A DNA stretch of 63,630 nt, the filler included, from Octopus bimaculoides (Eukaryota), in NCBI RefSeq assembly GCF_001194135.2. It is 6 parts of 5 records of this genome, joined end to end, with 100 filler letters (N's around TTAATTAATTAA, not from the genome) between each part and the next. Parts side by side here need not be neighbours in the genome. Positions count along the whole stretch, not along the records: positions 45,693 to 63,630 come from NC_068993.1; 5 more parts are not named here. The stretch is one strand, 5' to 3'. Positions 52,979 through 63,630 of the stretch are shown in pieces. The translations under genes were made by a program, and so were the position numbers. The first letter of the stretch is position 1; every line of letters begins with the position of its first letter. The notes beneath the pieces were generated by a model that was not told the origin of the DNA, searched no databases, and was given only the letters and a program-made list of their open reading frames with translations.

Positions 52979-54471
52979 TTAGGATGGTGGAGTGTCAGAG
53001 AAGAGGCCTCACTCAAATTTCGTCTAGGAGCCAATGGTCATGGCTAATTCACCAAGTAGGAGGATAGCCTGTCCAACTTGCATTTGGCCAGTGTGAGCGG
53101 TGCTCCGACAATAAATGTAGGTAAGCGGTGCACCCTGCATGAAGTGCAATATATTGCATATATACATATTACTTCTGAATGGAATGAAATATATCTATCT
53201 ATCTGTCGAGATGGGAGGATCAATATGCATTATCTACTATTAGTTAAATTTTACTCTTAATTCACCTGAAGAAAATGGGCTTTTTTGTACATGATGTAAT
53301 TATTTTGTTCATCAATGAAGAACACGTCTGAAACAGCTGCTATGTAATGCGGTGGAATCATAATTGAGTGCCTATTAAAAGTATCTGGAGTCTTCATTTA
53401 GAATTTTGTTGATGTCTGTGTGACTAGGAATATAGTATAGAAATGCAACTCACATTTATATGAAGGAATCTATGGTAAAAATGGTTTCGCTTTACAGCAT
53501 TTCACTTTAAGTTGCATTTTCCAAGAACCTATCAATGACGTTAAATGAGAACTGACTGTAAATATACTGTAAGGTGGACAATTTACGGCTAGTTTGCTGG
53601 GATTGTTTCCCTTTGCCAAATCATTTTGAAAGTACGAAGTATCTTAAAGCTGAAGTTCATGAATTTCTAACTACATTATTTTAAAATAGCATTAGTTAAA
53701 AGTAGTGAAGCAGGGAAGAAAAGGTCGCTCGTATCATGGATGTTAGTCGATCGAAAAGGGGTGAATTAGCAGGGTTCCATGGAAGGTTACGGTCCTACTA
53801 CTGCAATGTTTCGTTATTGGAGAAATCTGGGAATTGCTAAAAGAGCTAAAAAGCACACAAAAAAAGATGGTTGGTGTTCAGACAAGAGAGAAAGATAACT
53901 CTCTCTGTCTGTCTGTCTCTCAATATATATATATAGATAGATATATAACACGCTTCTGCGCATGTCCACTCCACACACGCGCACATCGGCAACATTCGTC
54001 AATTTCTTGAAAATGGGGTCATAACCCCGAAATATTGAATACAAGATATTTGTTTTCTTGTCATTTACTCCGCATTGTTTTGGCCTTACGATCTTTTATA
54101 CATTATATATATATATAGATAGATATATAACACGCTTCTGCGCATGTCCACTCCACACACGCNNNNNNNNNNNNNNNNNNNNNNNNNNNNNNNNNNNNNN
54201 NNNNNNNNNNNNNNNNNNNNNNNNNNNNNNNNNNNNNNNNNNNNNNNNNNNNNNNNNNNNNNNNNNNNNNNNNNNNNNNNNNNNNNNNNNNNNNNNNNNN
54301 NNNNNNNNNNNNNNNNNNNNNNNNNNNNNNNNNNNNNNNNNNNNNNNNNNNNNNNNNNNNNNNNNNNNNNNNNNNNNNNNNNNNNNNNNNNNNNNNNNNN
54401 NNNNNNNNNNNNNNNNNNNNNNNNNNNNNNNNNNNNNNNNNNNNNNNNNNNNNNNNNNNNNNNNNNNNNNN

Positions 54472-54640
54472 CCTTAGTAATCACCATTAAACTCGTATAA
54501 CTCTTTACGAATGCTCTGCACTGTACTCAGATTGACGCCCGAACACTCTGAAATGTTCGTATTGGAGCCTCCAGCATGAATGCCAAAGAGTACAGCACAT
54601 CATTTCTAAATTTCTGGCAGACTGAATTGCGTCATGGTGC
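54472..54640 (-). mobile_element. Tc1/mariner-superfamily transposase N-terminal relic
   Basis: MTQFSLPEI*K*CAVLFGIHAGGSNTNISECSGVNLSTVQSIRKELYEFNGDY gives a helix-turn-helix-like pattern (IS..GVNL.TVQ.IRK), with stops. Confidence 0.6.
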
Positions 54641-55945
54641 TGTTTTTCTCACAGTGCCCAACTAATCCTACTATACTGTATAGTCAAGAAAATCAAAAAC
54701 AAAGAATGTGCATGCACGAAATTAAAAATATGAAATTGCGACAAGTTACCCATTATTCCATGTGCCGCATGTCAGATGACGAAATGATCGCAGAGCAACG
54801 TGAAATGAAGTGCTTTGCTCGAGAAAACAACGCAAAGCCCGGTCTGTGAATCGAACCCACGATCTCGCAATTGTGAGTGCAACACCTTAAGCACTGAGTC
54901 ATGCGCATTTACACACACACACACTAATCTGCTATATATAGTTTTTAACAGCAAAATACAACACAAAACTTCACACACAAATATATTAAGCTCCGTGGAA
55001 AGATACCAGACGACTGTCTGATTGCTCAAAGAAACTCGTATCTTGCAGTTAAACATCGCAATTTCACATTCTCATGAACGCAGCATCATTCACATGATGT
55101 TTATCTGGTATAAAGCGACAATAAGTCACACACTAACAAACACTTCATGACTAAGATAAGACTGCGAAAGACGAGGAATGTCAACGGACCAAGAAACTTT
55201 ATTGTTTTAAGCAAAATATAAAAGATTGATAACACACAAAAGACATAGCACACAAAGACAAAACACAAACCACTCATATGTCAATTCCATTTCGTCTATT
55301 ATCTTTCTCCTGTCTTACACGAGAAAAACATGAAAGGTCAAGAGATTCATGGTATGGAACTGTTCTTTTATTTTCAGACTTTAGAGAGCTGTTTGTCTGC
55401 AGAGCCAATTACAATTTTGAGTGTTCACAACAAAGTTGTAAACTCTGTAATAATTTCTAAATCGGCCAGACTGTCACGCCTCATAACCGAAGATTAACCA
55501 TGCACTTACAAGACGGATAAACAATAATAGATTGGGGGTAGGGAAAGAGCTGTATCCTAAATATACAACAGAGGCCCATCTCCATCACCAACACTACTAG
55601 CCATTGTAAAGTTCTACACGTGATGGGGCTGCTTTGGAATTTAACGACAATTGTGCAGCTGATTATATATTTTGTGTTCGACTTTGTGTCGCAGTATTCC
55701 AAAAATCCAGCTTGTTGGAGTGTTCTAAGAGGTACTACAGTTGTCAAGAACTCAACTGTCAGTTAAATACATTTTGAAATCTGATGATTACCACGAACGT
55801 ATGAAAATGTTAATTGAACTTTATGAACATTACAAAATATTTTTTTAATGTTAAAATACCATAACAGAAAACGTGAAAACCAAACCATGATATAACTTTA
55901 TTCAACTGATATATTATTCTATACACATTCACACAAATTCGGAAA

Positions 55946-55970
55946 TATATATATATATATATGTGTGTGT

Positions 55971-56002
<32 letters not shown>

Positions 56003-56212
56003 TTATGTATGTGTTTGAGTTCCATCACCGCTTGACAGCCAGTGTGTGTTTGTTTACGTCCCCGTAATTTAGCAGTTCTGCAAAAGAGACTGATAGAATA
56101 AGTACCAGAACTTTAAAATATATAAAAAAAAGTATTGGGGTCAATTTGTTCCCTTTGAAGGGTTTAAGTCGAACATGGCTCAGGCCAATCGCTGAAACAT
56201 AAAATATAAAAG
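55946..56212 (+). mobile_element. SINE family A, 3' half, diverged
   Basis: CACCGCTTGACAGCCAGTG...GATAGAATAAGTACCAG. Confidence 0.75.
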
Positions 56213-56799
56213 AATTCTATTATTTTCTCCGAACATGAATCCTGTTTCTAGTGAACGTAAGAGCTTGAAAAATGCACATATACTTGAGTTTTCTTAAAAG
56301 TAAAAAATCCGATTCTTACCATGTAAAGCTCTATCCTAAAAGAGCTGAACCTTCGGAAATTATTGAATAAAATACAATCCCGCATAAAAATATACACACA
56401 TCACCGTCTTCAGCATTTATATATTTCAATATGAATATTTTATATCATCACATGTCATTTCGATAGACCATGTCTATATTTTATTATTTTGTTAGCATGA
56501 AAAATTGAATTTACTAATTTTTTTTCTTTTATATTAAGAAACTTGATAGAATCTTGTAGGTAGAAATACTCGTATATATATTCACAGTTGCGAAATTTTT
56601 GTGGCCATCATTACTATAAATGCCTCTTTCAGAATTTTATTGCGAAATTTCATAGGCAGTTTGGTCGAATGGTAAAAAAATTTCCGTCTAGCTTGCATGA
56701 AATTTTATGTAATTGTCATTTCAGATTTCGTATCAACCCATAAATAGTGTGGGTAGACGGAAAAAGGGTATGGAAAAGGGATGGATTGTGCCTATAATT

Positions 56800-56945
56800 C
56801 AAAAGGTACAACCTCATCACATGTGACGCTGATTCTGCTTTAGAATTAGGTCAGGGCACACATGTCTGCAGTGTACTCAGCCACTACTCGTTAATTCAAG
56901 GGCAGATTATTTAGTTGATCAATCAATTGAATCCTTGCCGTCAAA
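56800..56945 (+). mobile_element. Diverged SINE family C-like fragment
   Basis: GGGCACACATGTCTGCAGTGTACTCAGCCACTACTCGTTAATT resembles the family C body. Confidence 0.55.
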
Positions 56946-57440
56946 CAACAGAGGTCCACCTCTATCACCAACACTACCAGCCATTGTAAAGTTCTACACG
57001 TGAATGAGGCTGCTTTGGAATTTAACGACAATTGTGCAGCTGATTATTTTTTTTTGTGTTTGACTCTGTGTCACAGTAATGTCACTGAAAATGCCCAAGT
57101 ACGAATGCATAATCTTATGCTCTGACGGGGTCCAAAAACAAGACAAAACAAAGCAAAACAAAAAACGAAAGAATAAAACATGGTTCATGCCCAGCGAAAG
57201 GTAACGGAATACACATTTATTTATCTATTCATTTTAATACATATCTCTTATGTTTCCATGCGTCATTCGTTAGAATATGATTTTATTAGATATTTATGTA
57301 CAATACACACGCACGCACATACACACACACACGATCAAAACCTTTTATTTTTACGTTGCTCCAATCCATTCAGTTATAAATGAGTATACCTTGCGACGGA
57401 CTGGCGTTTCGTTCAGGCATAATATAACAATCTCGGCCAC

Positions 57441-57479
<39 letters not shown>

Positions 57480-57482
<3 letters not shown>

Positions 57483-57640
57483 AGTTTTTATGTTTAGTTA
57501 TAATAAAAACAATAAACTTATTATTCTTTAACAAGAATAACATTGACACTGACTTTAACGTTTCGGTTAGCTTAGCCATCATCACAGATGATGGTTTATC
57601 TACCCGAAACTTCGAAGTCACAGTCAATGCTATTCTTGTG

Positions 57641-57691
<51 letters not shown>

Positions 57692-57849
57692 AGTTTTTAT
57701 GTTTAGTTATAATAAAAACAATAAACTTATTATTCTTTAACAAGAATAACATTGACACTGACTTTAACGTTTCGGTTAGCTTAGCCATCATCACAGATGA
57801 TGGTTTATCTACCCGAAACTTCGAAGTCACAGTCAATGCTATTCTTGTG

Positions 57850-57851
<2 letters not shown>
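57480..57851. repeat. Exact tandem duplication (163-bp unique unit, 209-bp period) between (TA)n tracts; each unit holds a 107-bp palindrome
   Basis: Units 57480-57642 and 57689-57851 are identical. Palindromes lie at 57532-57638 and 57741-57847, with loop ACA. Confidence 0.93.
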
Positions 57852-57888
<37 letters not shown>

Positions 57889-60765
57889 TCTCTGGTTAAA
57901 TGGATGAGGGAAAAATATTCAATACATGATGTAAAGTATATTCATTGCAGTGTATTCATTGAAGTTTCTGAGTCACTCACACACACATGCACACGCACAC
58001 ACACACACACACAGAAATATGAAGCGCCCTTGCACACAAACTTTTATACGCATTCAGACATCACTCATTTAACTAGATACATTCAGTGAAAGAGCGCAAA
58101 GATCTATTAATTTTTGATTGATTTATTGTTGTCTTCTGACTAACCATATTAGAATGCACAATATTGCTCAGTAACCTAGACAACTTCCTACAATAAACAC
58201 TCACGCCAGCAGTTCGTTCATTTACAATTAATAGTACATTTTCTAGTGAAGAATATAAGATATTCAACGAATCTCTGCTATAGTCTACATTATCTGAAAT
58301 AGATGTTTCTTCGCACTTTTTCCTTCCGCTGTATCCATATTTAAGTTTGTTAGTCTCTTGTTTCAATAACCAGTTATGGTCATCGTATTAACGTCCTTGT
58401 ATCGTTTTGATTTTTAAAAATATCTTTGGGAAAGACACTTCTATGTTACTCTGTTCAGTTAGAACAGAAAGAGAGAGAGAGAGGGAGGCGAGAAATGCCA
58501 AAGGAAATTGGTGGAAAAAGAAAAGTCGAGTAACTAGAGGAGAGCAAGAAGAAGAGTGGGGGAAAAGAAAAGACCAAGAGAGAAAGGGAGAAATACAAGA
58601 AAGAAAGGAGTTTATAATCTATATATATATATATATAATTTGGGTGCTTACGCCAAATACATAGCATTTTTATATCTTAAAGCTGTGATATCGCATTGGT
58701 AAGATCCTTTTCAAATATCTTTTTTTTTTATTACGTTCCTGTAACATTTTTTGAACAAATCCAGGGTCAATGAAACATTTAAATACAAGATAACGATTAT
58801 TTTTCATGTATCATGGCCCGTGTTTTATTTTATAAGTCAATTTTCGCCCACTTAAAAATTTGCTGATATCAAGAAACAATNNNNNNNNNNNNNNNNNNNN
58901 NNNNNNNNNNNNNNNNNNNNNNNNNNNNNNNNNNNNNNNNNNNNNNNNNNNNNNNNNNNNNNNNNNNNNNNNNNNNNNNNNNNNNNNNNNNNNNNNNNNN
59001 NNCAAATGTTTCAGCCATTATTTTTTAAGCATTGGGATGTCATATATATATATATATATATATATATACACTCTCAAAGAAGAAGAGATGGAGAGATGGC
59101 TGTGTGACGTGGCAGAGTTTATTTATATGTAATGTCTCCGTGTGAATTTGTATGTGTGTATGTGAGTGTGTGCCCGTCAATGAATATAGCAAGTGAATGT
59201 GAGGCAGGTCCAAAAGAACTTATTGACAATTTATGTCTGCCAGTCAAGGTGACCTGTCCTTTTATAAAATGTCTGACTTTGATAACATTTAGTACATCAT
59301 TTATATATTCAGATGAAAATATTTCCATTTCATTGGTCACCTTCTGCAGCAACCCGTACAGTTCCAACAATATGTCGATCCTTCGCTAACATCTCTCCTT
59401 CGGTTTATTACAACAGTGAGTATATATGTATATATCTCGTCGTTTTTTTTTTCCTCCACCTTCTCTCCATTTTGTTGAATTTGGTTTGCGTGAAAATGAG
59501 TTCAATAATCAGAGATTATCTCTATAGTTGGTTGATAGTCAAAAACTGATGTATAATATAATCCTCTTTGTTTCTTACACAACTGATTGCCAGACATAAA
59601 CCAAATGTGTATGTATCTTACTGTCTGCTTCGTAATATGCTAGTTTTGTACTCTGAGTAACTATTGCGTGTCTCTTATAGCAATTGAATTAAATTGAATT
59701 AACAGAAGTAGTTCTGGTGGCAATTATACGTATACATATACACAAACAAACAAATATATATATATATATAAATATATAATTATATACACATATATAAATA
59801 TATATATATNNNNNNNNNNNNNNNNNNNNNNNNNNNNNNNNNNNNNNNNNNNNNNNNNNNNNNNNNNNNNNNNNNNNNNNNNNNNNNNNNNNNNNNNNNN
59901 NNNNNNNNNNNNNNNNNNNNNNNNNNNNNNNNNNNNNNNNNNNNNNNNNNNNNNNNNNNNNNNNNNNNNNNNNNNNNNNNNNNNNNNNNNNNNNNNNNNN
60001 NNNNNNNNNNNNNNNNNNNNNNNNNNNNNNNNNNNNNNNNNNNNNNNNNNNNNNNNNNNNNNNNNNNNNNNNNNNNNNNNNNNNNNNNNNNNNNNNNNNN
60101 NNNNNNNNNNNNNNNNNNNNNNNNNNNNNNNNNNNNNNNNNNNNNNNNNNNNNNNNNNNNNNNNNNNNNNNNNNNNNNNNNNNNNNNNNNNNNNNNNNNN
60201 NNNNNNNNNNNNNNNNNNNNNNNNNNNNNNNNNNNNNNNNNNNNNNNNNNNNNNNNNNNNNNNNNNNNNNNNNNNNNNNNNNNNNNNNNNNNNNNNNNNN
60301 NNNNNNNNNNNNNNNNNNNNNNNNNNNNNNNNNNNNNNNNNNNNNNNNNNNNNNNNNNNNNNNNNNNNNNNNNNNNNNNNNNNNNNNNNNNNNNNNNNNN
60401 NNNNNNNNNNNNNNNNNNNNNNNNNNNNNNNNNNNNNNNNNNNNNNNNNNNNNNNNNNNNNNNNNNNNNNNNNNNNNNNNNNNNNNNNNNNNNNNNNNNN
60501 NNNNNNNNNNNNNNNNNNNNNNNNNNNNNNNNNNNNNNNNNNNNNNNNNNNNNNNNNNNNNNNNNNNNNNNNNNNNNNNNNNNNNNNNNNNNNNNNNNNN
60601 NNNNNNNNNNNNNNNNNNNNNNNNNNNNNNNNNNNNNNNNNNNNNNNNNNNNNNNNNNNNNNNNNNNNNNNNNNNNNNNNNNNNNNNNNNNNNNNNNNNN
60701 NNNNNNNNNNNNNNNNNNNNNNNNNNNNNNNNNNNNNNNNNNNNNNNNNNNNNNNNNNNNNNNNN

Positions 60766-60780
60766 TATTATTATTATTAC

Positions 60781-60857
<77 letters not shown>
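60766..60857. repeat. (TAT)n microsatellite
   Basis: Read directly; a second tract lies at 61072-61139. Confidence 0.95.
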
Positions 60858-60858
<1 letters not shown>

Positions 60859-61071
60859 GGCGGCGAGCTGGCAGAATCGTTAGCACATCAGGCGAAATGT
60901 TTAGTGGTATTTCGTCTGTCGTTAGTTCTGAGTTCAGATTCCACTGAGGTCGACTTTGCCTTTCATCCTTTCGGGGTCGATAAAATTAGTACCAGTTGCG
61001 TACTGGGGTAGATCTAATCGACTGACCCCCCTCCCACCAAAATTTCAGGCCTAGTGCCTATAGTAGAAAGG
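60858..61071 (+). mobile_element. SINE family B variant (alternative 3' tail) embedded in (TAT)n
   Basis: Same head and core as 22726 but with tail CCCACCAAAATTTCAGGCCTAGTGCCTATAGTAGAAAGG. (TAT)n lies on both sides. Confidence 0.92.
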
Positions 61072-61139
<68 letters not shown>

Positions 61140-61369
61140 GTGTGAAATTCTTTAACTGGGAATCGAACTTGGATTGCGGACTCGGCTTATAACAACTTGG
61201 TAACAACTGTAGAATTCACTTCAAAGTAAGAGTTAAGTGAGTTGAACAAGGAAACAACACTGCGTTTGATTCGAACAGAGGCGTTTAATCTCATTTATGA
61301 AACAACCATGAGGCGTGTGTTTGTATGTGTGAGAGCAACGTGTTATACACCCAATATTAAATGACATGT

Positions 61370-61620
61370 TTAACCGCGCCTCGTGGACATAATTGTAAAG
61401 GCTTTGCCGCAGAGAATGGTCGATGACACTCGCTGCAACAGCCACCCCATCTCGCGGGGATCGTTTCTCAGTTGGGCTGCAGTTATCTAGATTTTGCGGA
61501 GGCGATCGGCAGTGCAGGATCCAAGGAAACCAGAGGTCTCGGCGGCGAAAGGCTCAAACTGATAGTCAGGTTCCTGTATTTGTTAATCTTTCTCTACTCT
61601 GCGTTAAAGTAATCGATCAC
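61370..61620 (-). mobile_element. CRE-like non-LTR retrotransposon, C-terminal restriction-like endonuclease relic
   Basis: AE*RKINKYRNL, then a frameshift, then YQFEPFAAETSGFLG..LRKI*..NDPREMGWLLQRVSSTILCGKAFTIMS. This matches the AE.RK..KY / F.P.A.ET.G / DPRE..L.QR.S...GNA motif series. Confidence 0.7.
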
Positions 61621-62168
61621 TAAATTCTGATACACATCAATAATGATTACAATCCTTCTTTTACGCTGCATTGTATGACTGGTACTTCTGTTCTCACCGT
61701 TGAGGAATATAAAACCCCAAGCCAGCTATGGCAAAATTTCGACTCACAACAACGAAGATCAAAACATCCGAATTAGAAACTTTTCCTCTAATTATATGAC
61801 AATTGAATCGGATTTACCTTTACGTGACACCAATTGTTATTTAGTTATCTTAGACCAAGGTCTACGGTTAAAAGCATTCCAGCCGTAACTATTCCGTCTT
61901 TTAAATCAGGCACATTATATGAAGGACCACATTACCTAATGTGTCCTAAGCCGATTGGGCGTGATTTGAGTTAAATTTAGCTGCTATAGCTACCAGATCA
62001 ATGGACCACACAGGGGCTTCTTCGTTGGCTCGAAACGCATGATATGGCATAAAAGGGGCATTGAAATCAGGGTCTCAGTTTCTGCTAGCCATGATTTCAC
62101 CCGTTAGCCCACTGCAATTGACAGCGCTGAATGAAACGCAACAAGTTCAATAAGAAATGTCTACTTAC

Positions 62169-62303
62169 ACCAAAGAATGTTCATTTAATGGTTTCATACC
62201 ATCTTTAATAAGCAAACAATTTCGCTGGTCGTTACGGCAATCACAGACACATTCGAGACCATTTCGAACTTTCTGGAACGGATGTGGACATTCTTTCCGA
62301 CAC
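62169..62303 (-). CDS. Internal coding exon (135 nt, phase 2-2), Cys-rich; likely C-terminal region of a PDGF/VEGF-family (PVF) growth factor
   Basis: Acceptor tttttttctatttcaaaataccag and donor gtaagt flank an open frame (R)CRKECPHPFQKVRNGLECVCDCRNDQRNCLLIKDGMKPLNEHSL(V). The C-x3-CP-x-PF..C-x-CDC-x6-C-x2-IK-x-G-x3-L spacing is as I recall for lophotrochozoan PVF C-termini. The family call needs BLAST confirmation. Confidence 0.7.
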
Positions 62304-63585
62304 CTGGTATTTTGAAATAGAAAAAAATATATATATATATATATATATACATGGATGTATGCATTTATATATACATATAATTTGTATATGTATATGTATG
62401 TATGTATATAATTACACACACGCGCTCGCGCGTCAAGCTATCAATTTCATAAGAGGGTGGAAACATATAATACATGCAACAATAAAACGCCGATAAGAAA
62501 TTCATGCGGTGAGAGGAGATGGAAAGCTTGGTAAGTAGTCTTATATATCTGTCAAACTAACATTCATAGTTAAGTTTGCGTTTAACATATTTACTACACG
62601 GAACAAAAAAAAAAAAAAGAAACGCAAACGAGAAATAAATGTATGATGAAACAAAGGTACATAAGTATTTTTACATATTAGACAACAATTTCATAAGTTA
62701 GTATGTCTATATTCAATACAGGGAATGTTTAGAAAGTCATTTAGGAACAACCAAGCAGTGAGGGATAAAACAGTATTAGAGAGTCGAGAACAGTAGATAC
62801 TCCGAAATTTTCTATTTGAAATGGGAAATCTTTCCCGAAATTTTTTAAGATTATTAAACAACCTTTGTAAGGAAATGCAAAATCTGCTCTCATTGTTTTA
62901 TTCTATTGACTTCACTTTACATGTTTTGCTTAAGTTCTCACATGCATTGCATAAAGTTTTTTTTTTCCACAGTTAATATTAATATTAATTTCAAATCGTT
63001 TTTTTGGCAAATACAGTGGACAACTCTTTATATGATTTGGTATTATTTTGATTTTAACCATGTCTGATGAAGAGATAGGTTGATTACTATTTAAATATAC
63101 ATAAATTTCTATTTGTTGGTGTAGGAAAACAGAATTGTACTCCTTCTTTTCAAATACTCTAAACACAACGTATCAGAATTCCACACCTTCCTCCTCATCA
63201 GTAGAATTTGTCTTAATATTTTGTGAAGAATATAACACACAAACATGTCATACCGACGGAGGAGAAGTTAACTCATTGTGGTCGATCATTTAATTAAATT
63301 TATTATTTGTTTTCTTTTTGGCCTTGCTTTAATTTACTCTGGTTTTCGGATGACATCGTAGTTGTGATTCTGGTTAAATGGGGTAGAAGTAACGGTGGAC
63401 ATGTTCATGGGTAGGAGACATTTTAGCACAGGTGTTTTAACGCTGCTGATTCAACGTTGATTATTTGATATCATACATTTTCTCTTCTCTTTATCTCTGT
63501 GTTTATATGTGAGAGTACATTTCTCTTTACGTATATGAGGAGGTAGAAAATATTTATGTCAGTCGGATCCATTTAACAAATTGTG

Positions 63586-63630
<45 letters not shown>

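Larger units (their letters stand above)
55566..57078. repeat. Dispersed direct repeat of ~131 bp (55566-55696 and 56946-57078)
   Basis: CAACAGAGG.CCA.CTC.ATCACCAACACTAC.AGCCATTGTAAAGTTCTACACGTG...GCAGCTGATTAT is shared, at roughly 85-90% identity by eye. Confidence 0.9.

Noticed and set aside
58073-58366. 97-aa minus-strand ORF, and similar short ORFs at 38163, 51421 and 59119
   Set aside because: No recognisable domain; the 38163 ORF partly overlaps the antisense strand of the R4-like relic.
2731-60886. Long ORFs rich in X, YI, CV, HT or N in the ORF track
   Set aside because: They read through N-gaps and microsatellites; for example the poly-N ORF 59780-60886 is the (ATT)n tract.
63160-63205. 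Minus-strand CTGATGAGG...TCTGATACGTT
   Set aside because: GAAA is mutated to GATA and stem I is absent.
1-63630. CRISPR arrays, rRNA genes, true tRNA genes, telomeric repeats
   Set aside because: None were seen. tRNA-like A and B boxes occur only as SINE heads, and the tandem repeats lack unique spacers.

Overview
This is AT-rich, microsatellite-dense eukaryotic genomic DNA from a gappy draft assembly. The SINE families and repeat landscape look like an Octopus genome (inference from recognised repeat sequences, not a database search). Nearly every ORF in the supplied track is an artefact of N-gaps, microsatellites or SINEs. The only convincing host coding sequence is one 135-nt minus-strand exon (62169-62303) encoding a Cys-rich segment like the C-terminal region of molluscan PDGF/VEGF-family (PVF) ligands. 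The rest is a transposon graveyard: about 25 tRNA-derived SINE copies in 4-5 families, relics of RTE, R4/Dong-like, CRE-like and I/Jockey-group LINEs, a Gypsy gag fragment, mariner relics and MITEs, and a hAT MITE with its target-site duplication. The most interesting signal is a set of type I hammerhead ribozyme (HHR) motifs. Two structurally complete, covarying copies lie at 48-127 and 40097-40185 (both minus strand). A 223-bp palindrome (33211-33433) carries a hammerhead on each strand. A tandemly duplicated 107-bp palindrome (57532-57638, 57741-57847) is built from two opposed truncated hammerhead cores. Several degenerate copies also occur. All folds were worked out by eye; none has been computed or tested.
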